DNA from: Acidobacteriota bacterium
GTDB lineage: Bacteria > Acidobacteriota > UBA6911 > RPQK01 > JAJDTT01
Direction: 5' to 3'
Length of the DNA: 64,000 bases
Assembly (NCBI GenBank): GCA_965217775.1
Contig: CBDCJH010000002.1
Span: forward strand, 2,912,001-2,976,000
The translations under genes were made by a program, and so were the position numbers. Positions 10,773-20,092 of this stretch are shown here, in pieces. Under the pieces are notes generated by a model. The model ran no database searches and was not told the origin of the DNA. It worked only from the letters and a program-made list of their open reading frames with translations. Every line of letters begins with the position of its first letter. The stretch's first letter is position 1.

Positions 10773-11462
10773 TCAGGAGGGCCGTCTTCCGAACAACTTC
10801 GATCCGATCCGGAGCAACGTGGCCCCTTCCTCAATGGCCACACGGTAGTCGTGGCTCATTCCCATAGAAAGCCCGGTTACGGGTTCCGACCGGGATTGGC
10901 TGACTTCCCGGGCAAATCGGGCCAATTGCCGAAAATAGGGTCTCGATGCTTCCGGGTCCACGGCAAAGGGCGGAATCGCCATCAGGCCCTGGAGGACCAG
11001 AGGCGGCGACCGGTCCACCAGCCGCACGAGCTGTCCCACGGCTTCAGGGTCGGCTCCGTACTTTTGCTTTTCCCGGCCGATGTTGACCTGGATATAGACG
11101 GAGAGAACCTTTTCCATCTCCCGGGCGCAGCGGGCAACCCTGGAGATGAGCTTCTCGCTGTCCAGAGTCTGGATCACGTCGAAGATCTGAACCGCTCGGC
11201 GCACTTTATTGGATTGGAGATGGCCGATCAGATGCCACTCCAGTGCGGGGCCGCCCACGGCAGGAATCTTGGCCGCGGCCTCCTGAACCCGATTCTCGCC
11301 GAACCGGGTCTGGCCGGCCGCGACGGCGTTGGAAACGACCGGGGCGGGAAACACCTTGGTCACGGCCAGGAGCTGAATGTCGCGCCCGTCTCGACCACAG
11401 GACCGGGCCGTCCGGTCGATTTCATCCAGCAGACTCTCCCGTCGGGATCTAAAATCGTGCAT
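10773..11462 (-). CDS. yggS: PLP homeostasis protein, YggS/PROSC family
   Basis: LLAVTK, FGENRVQE, WHLIGHLQSNK, LSMGMSHDY, RIGSKLFG; likely start MHDF at 11462. Confidence 0.94.
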   Translation of the reverse strand: MHDFRSRRESLLDEIDRTARSCGRDGRDIQLLAVTKVFPAPVVSNAVAAGQTRFGENRVQEAAAKIPAVGGPALEWHLIGHLQSNKVRRAVQIFDVIQTLDSEKLISRVARCAREMEKVLSVYIQVNIGREKQKYGADPEAVGQLVRLVDRSPPLVLQGLMAIPPFAVDPEASRPYFRQLARFAREVSQSRSEPVTGLSMGMSHDYRVAIEEGATLLRIGSKLFGRRPS

Positions 11463-11493
11463 TGTCAGCCAGTATATCTGAGAGCATCGCGAC

Positions 11494-11562
11494 GTAGGGG
11501 CACCCCTGGTGGGTGCCCGCTGTCGGGGCTCACTCATCGGCCCGGGGACGGCGACCAACAAA
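11494..11562 (+). repeat. Family B GTAG-type REP with linker
   Basis: GTAGGGGCACCCCTGGTGGGTGCCC hairpin followed by a linker shared with 29049-29101. Confidence 0.75.
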
Positions 11563-11636
11563 TCCTATGGTACTATGACCAACCTTTGTTTCAGGACGAG
11601 GCGGGGGGCTTGCTTCTCGGCATCGGCGGAGGCCCT

Positions 11637-12275
11637 GTGGGCCGATTCATTGCACTCGAAGGCATCGAGGGTTCGGGAAAGACTCTGCAGCTGAAGCTGC
11701 TGTCGGAGGAGTTCAAGAGACGCAATATCCCGATCGTCGTGACCCGGGAGCCGGGCGGGACTCCCTTCGGATCCCGACTGCGCCGCATCCTCCTGGAATC
11801 CGAAGGACCCGACCGGGAGGCCGAGGCGGAACTGCTGCTGTACCTGGCGGACCGGTTCCAACATCTGGCGGAGGTGATCGAACCGGCGCTCCAACAGGGG
11901 CGAACGGTCCTCTGCGATCGCTACCACACCGCGACGCTGGCCTACCAGGGGTACGCCCGCGGCATCGGGTTCTCCCGGGTCGATGAGCTCGCCCGCCCTC
12001 TCCGGATCCGCATGCCCGATCTGACTCTGATCCTGGATCTGGAGGTGGAATCCGGGTTGGCGCGCGCCTGCAGGAGGAATGCCGTCGAGGGCAACCAGGC
12101 TTGGGGCCGCTTCGAAGCCGAAACCATGCGGTTCCACCGGCGGGTCCGAGAGGGTTATCGACTGCTGGCACAGCGAGATCCGGACCGGATCTCGCTGGTT
12201 GACGGTTCCGGGAATCCACAAGAGACTCTGAAGAAACTGCTGGCCGAACTGGTGGAGAAAGGACTGATCGGCTAA
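11637..12275 (+). CDS. tmk: Thymidylate kinase
   Basis: FIALEGIEGSGKT P-loop, TREPGGT, LCDRY, AYQG; GTG start after GGAGG. Confidence 0.95.
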   Translation: MGRFIALEGIEGSGKTLQLKLLSEEFKRRNIPIVVTREPGGTPFGSRLRRILLESEGPDREAEAELLLYLADRFQHLAEVIEPALQQGRTVLCDRYHTATLAYQGYARGIGFSRVDELARPLRIRMPDLTLILDLEVESGLARACRRNAVEGNQAWGRFEAETMRFHRRVREGYRLLAQRDPDRISLVDGSGNPQETLKKLLAELVEKGLIG

Positions 12276-12317
12276 CCCGCACTGCTCGCCGGGAGAGGCC
12301 GACGGCAAGAAGAAGAG

Positions 12318-13376
12318 ATGGCCGCCAAGCGTCGCGCCACCAAGCGCAGTCCGTCCGCTGGTTCCGGTTCCGGCGGGTCGTCAGGATACAGCCTGGTCCG
12401 TCTGAAGGATTTCATCGGGAACCAAGATCTCGTCAGCCGGGTGAAGAGAGCTTCCCTGCCCCAATCCGCCCTCTTTGCCGGGCCCGAAGGAGTCGGCAAG
12501 AAGACCCTGGCACTGGGTCTGGCCACCCGGACCGACTGCAGAAACCGGTCCGGAGAGGACTTCTGTGGAAACTGCGAATCGTGCTCGAAGGTGGCCGGAG
12601 GCAACCATCCGGACATCCGCCTCTTCCAGGCCACCGGGACTTCCATCGGGATCGAGACCATCCGGTATTTGACCCGGGAGGCCCGTTTCCGGCCCTTTCA
12701 AGGGGCCTACCGGGTCTTCATCGTGGACCAGGCGGAGAAGATGACCCGGGAAGCCGCCAACTCCATCCTCAAGACGCTGGAAGAACCGGCCGACACCAGC
12801 CGGATCATCTTGACGACGGCCTTCCCCAACCGGCTCCTCCCAACCATTCGATCCCGATGCCAACTCTTCGTTTTCCGACCCTTGACACGCAACCAGCTCG
12901 GAAATTATCTCGAGATCCGATATGGAGCGGAAGAGGCGGAGCAACGGGCGGCATTCGCCGGAGGAAGCATCGGACGAGCCCTGCGATTGGACCTGGAGCG
13001 AACGCTGCAGGACCGGGACCGGGTTCTGACCATGCTCCAACAGTGGCTGTCGAACGCTTCCTTCACCCAACTCTTCGAGGCTTGTGAGAAAGAACCCATG
13101 CGCAGGGACCTCAAGAACCGGGACCGAGTTCGAGAACATCTGGAAATATTGCGGCATCTGGGTGAAGACCTGTATTTCCTTCGAACCGGGACCGAGTCCA
13201 GAATGGTGAACCTGGATCGCCGGGAGCGGTTGCTGGAACTGGCGGAAAGAGTCGATCTGGACTGGATCCGGGATCTTCTATACCATCTCCGGGAGGCACG
13301 CGAGGATCTGGACAGGAACGTTCAGCCCCTCTTCTGCTTCGAAACCCTCTGGTTGAAATTGGCCGGAAGGGCATGA
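12318..13376 (+). CDS. holB: DNA polymerase III subunit delta-prime
   Basis: GPEGVGK, Zn module CGNCESC...NHPD, AANSILKTLEEP, TIRSRC; follows tmk. Confidence 0.93.
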   Translation: MAAKRRATKRSPSAGSGSGGSSGYSLVRLKDFIGNQDLVSRVKRASLPQSALFAGPEGVGKKTLALGLATRTDCRNRSGEDFCGNCESCSKVAGGNHPDIRLFQATGTSIGIETIRYLTREARFRPFQGAYRVFIVDQAEKMTREAANSILKTLEEPADTSRIILTTAFPNRLLPTIRSRCQLFVFRPLTRNQLGNYLEIRYGAEEAEQRAAFAGGSIGRALRLDLERTLQDRDRVLTMLQQWLSNASFTQLFEACEKEPMRRDLKNRDRVREHLEILRHLGEDLYFLRTGTESRMVNLDRRERLLELAERVDLDWIRDLLYHLREAREDLDRNVQPLFCFETLWLKLAGRA

Positions 13377-13377
13377 C

Positions 13378-14076
13378 ATGTACGAATTGCTCACCTTGAG
13401 ATTCGGACTCCGAAAATCGATCGGCAGATTCCTGGCGACGAACATGAGCTTTCGGGTTGGAGACCGCTGTGTGGTCTCCACCGAGCGGGGCGTGGAACTG
13501 GGGATGGTTCTCGACAGTCACCAACTCGACACCGACGGGACCACGGAAACAACCCTGGGCAAGGCTCTGCGACGGGCGACGGAACGGGACCTCTACCTGT
13601 ACGAGAAAAAGAAGGACTGGGAGAATACGGCCTACCGTCTTTGCCGCAAGCAGATCAAGGCCCACAAGCTTCCCATGAAGCTGTCCGAAGTCGAGTACAT
13701 CTTCGACGGAAGCCGAGTCATCATCTACTTCACCGCTAATCGTCGAGTCGACTTTCGACGTCTGGTCAAACAGTTGGCGCGCCGCCTGAGGACCAGAATC
13801 GAAATGCGCCAAGTAGGGGCTCGAGATGAGGCCAAACTTGTCGGTGGACTGGGTTGCTGTGGTCTGGGGCAGAATTGCTCGGCTCTTTTCCTGAAGGAAC
13901 TGAAGTCGGTGAGCGTACGGACGGTCAAGCGTCAGAACTTGAGAATGAGCATGAACCGGCTCTCCGGCATGTGCGGCCGACTCAAGTGCTGTCTGAACTA
14001 CGAGGTCGACACCTCTCGCCGAAGATGCACGAAACGCCGGCGGCGGCGACGGGGCAAACGACCGAGGACGAACTGA
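13378..14076 (+). CDS. ricT: PSP1/RicT (YaaT) family protein
   Basis: YFTANRRVDFRRLVK, RIEMRQVGARDEAK, CGRLKCCLNYE; conserved tmk-holB-yaaT order. Confidence 0.88.
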   Translation: MYELLTLRFGLRKSIGRFLATNMSFRVGDRCVVSTERGVELGMVLDSHQLDTDGTTETTLGKALRRATERDLYLYEKKKDWENTAYRLCRKQIKAHKLPMKLSEVEYIFDGSRVIIYFTANRRVDFRRLVKQLARRLRTRIEMRQVGARDEAKLVGGLGCCGLGQNCSALFLKELKSVSVRTVKRQNLRMSMNRLSGMCGRLKCCLNYEVDTSRRRCTKRRRRRRGKRPRTN

Positions 14077-14179
14077 CCGTCCGCCCTGTCACTTTCGCTG
14101 GCACCTCCGATCCCACTTCCGGGTAATTCCAAATTCCACCCAGGGGACCGGAAACCGGCGGTAGCCTTTTCGCCCTTGA

Positions 14180-14228
14180 TTCATTATAGATAGTAAATAT
14201 TGATGCCATATTTGCTATCTATAATGAA
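14180..14228. repeat. AT-rich inverted repeat (21-bp arms, 7-nt loop)
   Basis: TTCATTATAGATAGTAAATAT-TGATGCC-ATATTTGCTATCTATAATGAA; one T/G mismatch. Confidence 0.85.
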
Positions 14229-14392
14229 ATAGTCCCGATTCCGCATAGGTTGAGCCACGAATGCTCGTCGATTCGCGCAAGACAGGGAAAGTATGGAACG
14301 AGGGACCGGCTGATCAGGAACCCTCCGCACTCCTTGGACGGCTGGGGGGCGACGTTCCGGATTCGCCGCTCGGGGGGGGACTTCCCTCTTCT

Positions 14393-14815
14393 TCAGTCGG
14401 CCCCTCTGCCCAGCTTCTGTTCCAGGAGCTTCGCCCGGCGCTCGAATTCGGGAGCCTTTTTGGAGTCGGGCACGGCCTTGAGGAAGTCTCGGCAAGCCTG
14501 GATCGCCTGGCCGTACTGGGCCATGGTCTCCAGGGTCTTGACCAGTTTCTCGTAACCCTTGGGCCATTCGGGGCCGTAGAGAATCGCTTCCCGGTAGCGG
14601 ATTTCGGCCGCCTTGTAATTATCCCGCTTGTAGTAGAAGTTTCCGATCTCGACAGCCTTGCGGGCCTTATCCGGATCCGGCTCCGGAGGGACCTCCTCCT
14701 GCTCCTTGGCGGAAGCGTCATCCGCTCGAATCAGGACCGGCTTGCGCCCCAATCTCCGATCCTGGAGGGGAAGTGTCAAAGCGAGAAGCAAAAGTGGATA
14801 GGAAAGGGCCCTCAT
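14393..14815 (-). CDS. Secreted tetratricopeptide-repeat protein
   Basis: Hydrophobic N-terminus; IGNFYYKRDNYKAAEIRYREA TPR-like helices. Confidence 0.75.
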   Translation of the reverse strand: MRALSYPLLLLALTLPLQDRRLGRKPVLIRADDASAKEQEEVPPEPDPDKARKAVEIGNFYYKRDNYKAAEIRYREAILYGPEWPKGYEKLVKTLETMAQYGQAIQACRDFLKAVPDSKKAPEFERRAKLLEQKLGRGAD

Positions 14816-14850
14816 ACTGCCGCAACCCAGTCTATTTGCGGCGCTACGAC

Positions 14851-14879
14851 TTGTCAAAAACAAGTCTCTATGTTAGGCT
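14851..14879 (+). promoter_or_regulatory. Putative sigma70 promoter (extended -10) for the hfq-like gene
   Basis: TTGTCA-N17-TAGGCT with TG immediately upstream of the -10. Confidence 0.45.
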
Positions 14880-14980
14880 TTTCGAGACAGCACTTTAGGA
14901 GATTCTACTCTCCCCTTTATTGGTTCCTTTCATTTCAACCACAGTAAGTAGAGCAAGACTCAGCCTAGGATGAGGTCACC

Positions 14981-15313
14981 ATGGTTAACCGAAAACTGAT
15001 AAGACCCTCACTTTCGGGACTGCGGGAACAGAGCTCCCTCAAGTACGCTGACGGTCCGAAGCGGCGAGTCCCCCCCGAACAGACCAACGCGGAGCAGTAC
15101 TACTATCTGAAGCAGATGACGGGGAAAACCCCCATGGTGGTGCGACTCATCGATGGAGAGGAGATTCGGGGAGTCATCGAATGGTACGACCGAAACTGCA
15201 TCAAGGTGAACCGGGAAACCGAGCCGAATCTCCTGATCCCGAAAAGCGTGATCAAGTACATCTTCAAGCAGAATGAAGACAAGCGGGGGCTGGGACCCAG
15301 ACGGCGCATCTGA
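14981..15313 (+). CDS. hfq: Hfq/Sm-like RNA chaperone (acidobacterial type)
   Basis: Sm-fold pattern PMVVRLIDGEEIRGVIEWYDRNCIKV...LLIPKSVIKYI. Confidence 0.75.
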   Translation: MVNRKLIRPSLSGLREQSSLKYADGPKRRVPPEQTNAEQYYYLKQMTGKTPMVVRLIDGEEIRGVIEWYDRNCIKVNRETEPNLLIPKSVIKYIFKQNEDKRGLGPRRRI

Positions 15314-15314
15314 G

Positions 15315-15959
15315 TCAGGAGCCCTCCAGTCCCAGATTGTATGCCCGCCCCAGAGCCCGAAGGTTCAGATTCACCAGATCTTCCGTCCTGAATTCCAGAC
15401 CCGCCTGCAGAGCCTGGTCGAACTCGGCGGCGTCCGCAAACTTGTAGGCCGGCAGGAGATAGCCCTGCGCCAGCAGAAACCAGTGGGCGAGCAATGAGAC
15501 CGCGACCTCCGTTCCTTCCCCGAACGGATAGACTTCGTGGAGTCGGATCTGGGTCACCGTGACCTGCGCCACGACGTGCATCTCGGCAAAGCCCGGACTG
15601 CGGGTCCACTCGAAGAACCGGTCCAGGGCCGGCCCCACCGCCCCCGGCTCGAGCGGCGCGTGAGCAGGACCCAGAGGCTTGGCGGGGACCCGGCGCAGTC
15701 CAGCCTTCGTCCCGGGAATGATGGCGTCGCGCAAGGCAATCAGACCCTCGCGGTCCGGACACCTCCCGCCGCGCGCCAGCTTCAACAGAAATCGAAATCC
15801 GCCGGTGACGACCGGCTCCGCCAATCCACCCCGGAACCCTTCGAACTCCACCAATCCGGGTAGAATCCGCTGCCGGAGCAGTTCGTGGGAATCCGGATTT
15901 CCGGCTTCGAAGAGCTGCTTCTTCCGTGCCAGAGCCGCAAACCTGAGGGCCGTCCTCAC
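15315..15959 (-). CDS. Fic/DOC-fold protein with a degenerate active-site motif
   Basis: ALDRFFEW...MHVVAQ...LHEVYPFGEGTEVAVSLLAHWFLLAQGY aligns by eye with the Fic pattern HPI...IHPFxDGNGRxxRLL...GY; GTG start is inferred. Confidence 0.65.
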   Translation of the reverse strand: MRTALRFAALARKKQLFEAGNPDSHELLRQRILPGLVEFEGFRGGLAEPVVTGGFRFLLKLARGGRCPDREGLIALRDAIIPGTKAGLRRVPAKPLGPAHAPLEPGAVGPALDRFFEWTRSPGFAEMHVVAQVTVTQIRLHEVYPFGEGTEVAVSLLAHWFLLAQGYLLPAYKFADAAEFDQALQAGLEFRTEDLVNLNLRALGRAYNLGLEGS

Positions 15960-16017
15960 CGGTGTCCCCGGACTCGGACCGATGCTGCGAGACAGCGAAC
16001 CACCAATACCTGACGAT

Positions 16018-17508
16018 TCATGAATCCGGATAGCGTGACGCCAGCTCAACCATGGTTCGCACACCGAAGCCGGTAGGCCCCTGGTTGGCGCCTCCCTCCT
16101 GAAACATGTCCACCCCGGCCATGTCGATGTGGCACCAGGGCGTATCACCGACGAATTCCTGGAGAAACTTGGCCGCCGTGACAGCGCCGGCCGCCCGCTT
16201 GCCCACGTTTTTGATGTCGGCAATGTGGCTGTCCAGGAGAGTCCGGTACTCGTCGTCCAGGGGAAGCCGCCAGAACTTTTCCCCGGCCCTTTCCGAGGCC
16301 TTGAAGAAGCTCTCCGCCAGCCGGTCATCATTGGAAAACAGCCCGGCCCGGACGTGTCCCAGCGCGATCACGCAGGCACCCGTGAGCGTGGCGATGTCCA
16401 CCATGCAAGCCGGTTTCAAACGCCGGGCAAAGTGCATGGCATCGGCCAGAATCAGCCGGCCCTCCGCGTCCGTGTTGAGAACCTCGATAGTCTTGCCGGA
16501 CATGGAGCGAACCACGTCGCCGGGACGCTGAGCCCGGCCGCCGGGCATGTTTTCGACTGCCGGAAGAATGCCCACCACGTTCTTGCGCAACCGCAGTTGG
16601 GAAACGGCCTTCATGGCGGCCAGAACGGCGCAGGCGCCAGCCTTGTCCGCTTTCATCTCCTCCATACCCTGGGAGGTCTTCAGGGAGAGCCCCCCGCTGT
16701 CGAAGGTCACCCCCTTGCCGATCAGCACCACCGGCGGGGCGCCGCTATCCTCGGCTCCGAGGTGCTTCAAGACGATCATCCTGGCCGGCTCGTCACTCCC
16801 CCGAGCCACGGCCAAGAGAGCCCCCATGCCCTCGTCCTCCATGGCCGGCTCATCCAGGATCTCGATCCGGAGATCCGACTTCTCCGCAATGGAGCGGGCC
16901 TTCTCGGCCAGCCGCGAGGGATTGACCCTGTTCCCGGGCTGATTGACCAGGGACCGGGCCAGATTGGTAGCCTCCCCCAGAATCTGCCCGCGATTCAAGC
17001 CCTCCTGCAACTCGGTCGTCCGCGCCGGGTCGCCGGAGCAGAATAGCGCCTGGCCGATTTTGGTCCGGCTTCGATCCCGAGTCTTGTATTCGTCCGGTTC
17101 ATAGCACCCGATGACCAGGCCCTCGGCACACGCCTGGATCGAGAGGGCGGAATCCAATGCATCCCAGCCTGCAACGGCAATGCGTTCGACTTCGGAGCCT
17201 CGAAAATTGCGCACCACCTGAACCATCCGATCGCGAAGACGGGCGCCGTCGCAATCGCCGCGTCTCCCGGCTCCCAGCAGAACCAGACGGCGCGCCGAGA
17301 CCTCCGCGGGCCTGTGAATCACCAGGATGTCACCATTGCCCCCCGTCCACTCTCCGCTGGCGGTCAACTCCGCCAGCAGGCCATCCAGGCGTTCATCCGC
17401 CGACCGGATCAGCCGGCCGGACTCCTCCTCCTGATGGAGAATCAGCACTACGGCATCGCAGTCCAGGCGATGCCAACTCGAATCGACCACACCAAATTCC
17501 ATGCTCAT
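16018..17508 (-). CDS. pepA: Leucyl aminopeptidase (M17)
   Basis: IGKGVTFDSGG, MKADKAG, NTDAEGRL, DIATLTGA. Confidence 0.96.
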   Translation of the reverse strand: MSMEFGVVDSSWHRLDCDAVVLILHQEEESGRLIRSADERLDGLLAELTASGEWTGGNGDILVIHRPAEVSARRLVLLGAGRRGDCDGARLRDRMVQVVRNFRGSEVERIAVAGWDALDSALSIQACAEGLVIGCYEPDEYKTRDRSRTKIGQALFCSGDPARTTELQEGLNRGQILGEATNLARSLVNQPGNRVNPSRLAEKARSIAEKSDLRIEILDEPAMEDEGMGALLAVARGSDEPARMIVLKHLGAEDSGAPPVVLIGKGVTFDSGGLSLKTSQGMEEMKADKAGACAVLAAMKAVSQLRLRKNVVGILPAVENMPGGRAQRPGDVVRSMSGKTIEVLNTDAEGRLILADAMHFARRLKPACMVDIATLTGACVIALGHVRAGLFSNDDRLAESFFKASERAGEKFWRLPLDDEYRTLLDSHIADIKNVGKRAAGAVTAAKFLQEFVGDTPWCHIDMAGVDMFQEGGANQGPTGFGVRTMVELASRYPDS

Positions 17509-17954
17509 CGACGCTTCAACTCCTGTGCTATGTCCCGGTCGACGGCGCGGCGGCGGGCCGCCTCCCGTTTATCGTAGAGCCGTTTCCCCCGAGCGACTCC
17601 CAACTCGACCTTGGCCCGTCCTCTCTCGAAATAGAGAGCCAGAGGGATCAGGGTGAGCCCCTTGTTGGCGACGGCGCCCGTCAACCGGTTGATCTCTCTG
17701 CGGTGCAGCAACAGCTTTCGGGGTCTCAAAGGTTCGTGGTTGGCCAAATTGCCATGACGGTAGGGTCCGATGTGGCAATTCTCCAACCACACCTCGCCGT
17801 TCCTGACCCTGGCGTAGCTGTCGGAAAGGCTGACCTGATGGTCGCGGATCGCCTTGATCTCGGTCCCCAGCAACACCAGTCCGGCTTGGTACCTCTCCCG
17901 GATCTCATAGTTGTGGAAGGCCTTCTTGTTTCTGGCCACCGCACTGTTCGTCAC
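17505..17954 (-). CDS. smpB: SsrA-binding protein
   Basis: NKKAFHNY, GLVLLGTEIKAIR, RKLLLHRREI, GKRLYDKR; GTG start 5 nt after GGAGG. Confidence 0.96.
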   Translation of the reverse strand: MTNSAVARNKKAFHNYEIRERYQAGLVLLGTEIKAIRDHQVSLSDSYARVRNGEVWLENCHIGPYRHGNLANHEPLRPRKLLLHRREINRLTGAVANKGLTLIPLALYFERGRAKVELGVARGKRLYDKREAARRRAVDRDIAQELKRR

Positions 17955-17976
17955 CGATTCCTCCAACCGCGCGATA

Positions 17977-19002
17977 CTACAGGCTGGACAGCGTCCGGTC
18001 CCGATTTCCGTAGACCTTGCGGTAGTAGCGCCGGTAGTCTCCGCTGCGAACCCCGTCCACCCACTGGGGATGATCCCGGTACCACCGCACCGTCTCGTCC
18101 AACCCTTCCTCGAAGGGAATCCGGGGAGACCATCCCAACTCCAGCCGCAGACGACTGCTGTCGACAGCGTATCTCCGATCGTGGGCCGGCCGGTCGGCCA
18201 CGAAGGAGATCAGGTCCTCAGACTTTCCCAGGATATCAAGGATACGGCGCGCCACTTCCAGATTGGTCCGTTCTCCATCAGCTCCGATGTTGTAGACAGC
18301 CCCGTCTCGGCCCTCGAGCAATATCGCCTCCAGGGCGCGGCAATGGTCCAGGACATGGATCCAGTCCCGGGTATACAGACCGTCTCCGTACAAGGGGAGG
18401 GGTTCATCGTCCAGCGCGTTGGAGGCCATCAGGGGAATCAGCTTCTCCGGAAACTGATAGGGACCATAGTTGTTCCCGCAACGCGTCGTAACGACGCCCA
18501 GACCGTAGGTGCGATGGTAGGCCCTGGCCAAGAGGTCGGCGGCCGCCTTGCTGGCGGCATAGGGACTGTTGGGCGCCAGTGGAGAATCCTCCGTGAACTT
18601 TCCGCCGCCGGACAGCGACCCGTAAACCTCATCGGTGGAAACCTGGATGAAACGGGAAATCCCCTTGCGCCGGGCCGTCTCCAACAGATTCTGGGTTCCC
18701 AGTACGTTGGTTCGGACAAATGCGGAAGCATCCAGAATGCTCCGGTCCACATGGCTTTCGGCGGCAAAGTGGACAACGGCGTCGATTCCGGGATCCAGGG
18801 CCCCGGCTACCTGTTCCCAGGAGGCAATGTCGCCCCGGATGAACCGGTAGTTGTCGCCGGCCTCCAGACCGGCCAGGTTCTGCAGATTCCCGGCGTAGGT
18901 GAGGAGATCGAAGTTGACGACCTGAAAGCCGCGGCGACTCAAAATGTGGCGGATGAAATTCGAGCCGATGAAGCCTGCGCCACCGGTGACCAACAATTTC
19001 AT
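17977..19002 (-). CDS. rmlB: dTDP-glucose 4,6-dehydratase
   Basis: TGGAGFIGSNF, HFAAESHVDRSI, STDEVYG, YAASK, DRPAHDRRY. Confidence 0.96.
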   Translation of the reverse strand: MKLLVTGGAGFIGSNFIRHILSRRGFQVVNFDLLTYAGNLQNLAGLEAGDNYRFIRGDIASWEQVAGALDPGIDAVVHFAAESHVDRSILDASAFVRTNVLGTQNLLETARRKGISRFIQVSTDEVYGSLSGGGKFTEDSPLAPNSPYAASKAAADLLARAYHRTYGLGVVTTRCGNNYGPYQFPEKLIPLMASNALDDEPLPLYGDGLYTRDWIHVLDHCRALEAILLEGRDGAVYNIGADGERTNLEVARRILDILGKSEDLISFVADRPAHDRRYAVDSSRLRLELGWSPRIPFEEGLDETVRWYRDHPQWVDGVRSGDYRRYYRKVYGNRDRTLSSL

Positions 19003-19062
19003 CTGAAGCCACCCCTTGCTGCATGAGGGCGCCAAATCCCGATCGTGTCCCCGGGCTCGGTG

Positions 19063-19086
19063 CCGGCCCGCATTTCCTGGCAGGTC
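19063..19086 (+). repeat. Possible degenerate family C terminal repeat
   Basis: CCGGCCCGCATTTCCTGGCAGGTC resembles the family C end CTAGCCCGCATTTCTCACCAGGTC. Confidence 0.4.
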
Positions 19087-19136
19087 ATTCGGGAGTTTCT
19101 ACACGGGATGTCAAGGATTGGCGAGCATCTCGACTT

Positions 19137-19303
19137 TTAGCAGCCCGTGGCAAAAGTCCTCGCGGCATTCGACCGTCCCTGCATCGTGCGCGGACTGCGT
19201 TGCTATCGGCTCACATACTCCCGGTATGCGCCCTCATCGCGCCTGGTCCGGCGGGCGCAGGAACGGTCTCGGTGCTCGCGGGACTTTCACCACGGACTGC
19301 CAG
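19137..19303 (+). mobile_element. Family A MITE, full copy overlapping the 3' end of rmlA
   Basis: TTAG-CAGCCCGTGGCAAAAGTC ... GACTTTCACCACGGACTG-CCAG. Confidence 0.88.
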
Positions 19304-20032
19304 GTGCGCCAAGTCTCCAGCACCCGCCGCCACCAGGTTCGCGGCCCGCATCAGGGACTCGATGGTTCCCGCGTCCGTCCACCAGCCGTCGATGACATTG
19401 TACGTCAACTCGTTCGACTCGAGGTATCGGTTGTTGACGTCCGTAATCTCCAGTTCGCCCCTGGCGGAGGGAGAGAGGGTATCGATGATGTCGAAGACGC
19501 GGCTGTCGTACATGTAAACTCCCGTCACGGCATACGGAGAGGCAGGCCTGGACGGCTTCTCGGTGATGCGTACGACTCGGTCGCCATTCAACTCCGGCAC
19601 ACCGAAACGTTGGGGATCGGACACTTTCTTCAAGAGGATCTTGGCGCCCCGCCCCTGCCGGAGAAAGCTTCGAACGAACGGCGCGATGGATTTTTCAAGA
19701 AGATTGTCGCCCAGCACGACACAGATCAGGTCGTCTCCGGCGAAATGCCGGGCCAGAGAGAGCGCGTCCGCGATTCCTCCCTCTCCCTCCTGATAGCCGA
19801 AGTGGATCTGTCTGAGGCCAAACTCCTGGCCGCTGCCCAGCAGGCGGAGAAAGTCACCCGCGTTGTTGCCCCCGGTCACCAGCATGATCTCGTCGATGCC
19901 GGCTTCGACCAGCATTTCCAGCGGATAGTAGATCATGGGCTTGTTGTAGACCGGCAACAGATGCTTGTTGGTCACCTTGGTGAGGGGCCACAATCTGCTG
20001 CCCAGTCCACCTGCGAGAATGACTCCCTTCAT
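19211..20032 (-). CDS. rmlA: Glucose-1-phosphate thymidylyltransferase (short form) with a MITE-derived C-terminus
   Basis: GVILAGGLGSRLWPLT, KHLLPVYNKPMIYY, LGDN, EKP, RGELEITD, WTDAGT; the last 30 codons lie inside the repeat. Confidence 0.9.
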   Translation of the reverse strand: MKGVILAGGLGSRLWPLTKVTNKHLLPVYNKPMIYYPLEMLVEAGIDEIMLVTGGNNAGDFLRLLGSGQEFGLRQIHFGYQEGEGGIADALSLARHFAGDDLICVVLGDNLLEKSIAPFVRSFLRQGRGAKILLKKVSDPQRFGVPELNGDRVVRITEKPSRPASPYAVTGVYMYDSRVFDIIDTLSPSARGELEITDVNNRYLESNELTYNVIDGWWTDAGTIESLMRAANLVAAGAGDLAHLAVRGESPASTETVPAPAGPGAMRAHTGSM

Positions 20033-20055
20033 GGTCTTCCAAATCCCGGCTCATC

Positions 20056-20092
20056 TTACCAGCCCGTGGAAAAAGTCGTCAGGGACTGCTAA
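20056..20092 (+). repeat. Family A mini-element (both ends, interior deleted)
   Basis: TTAC-CAGCCCGTGGAAAAAGTCGTCAGGGACTG-CTAA; the CTA is the TAG stop of the GT4 gene on the minus strand. Confidence 0.7.

Noticed and set aside
10614-11636. 553-aa ORF suggesting a long N-terminal fusion to Tmk
   Set aside because: The extension is the antisense of yggS plus a REP; Tmk has its own GGAGG and GTG at 11637.
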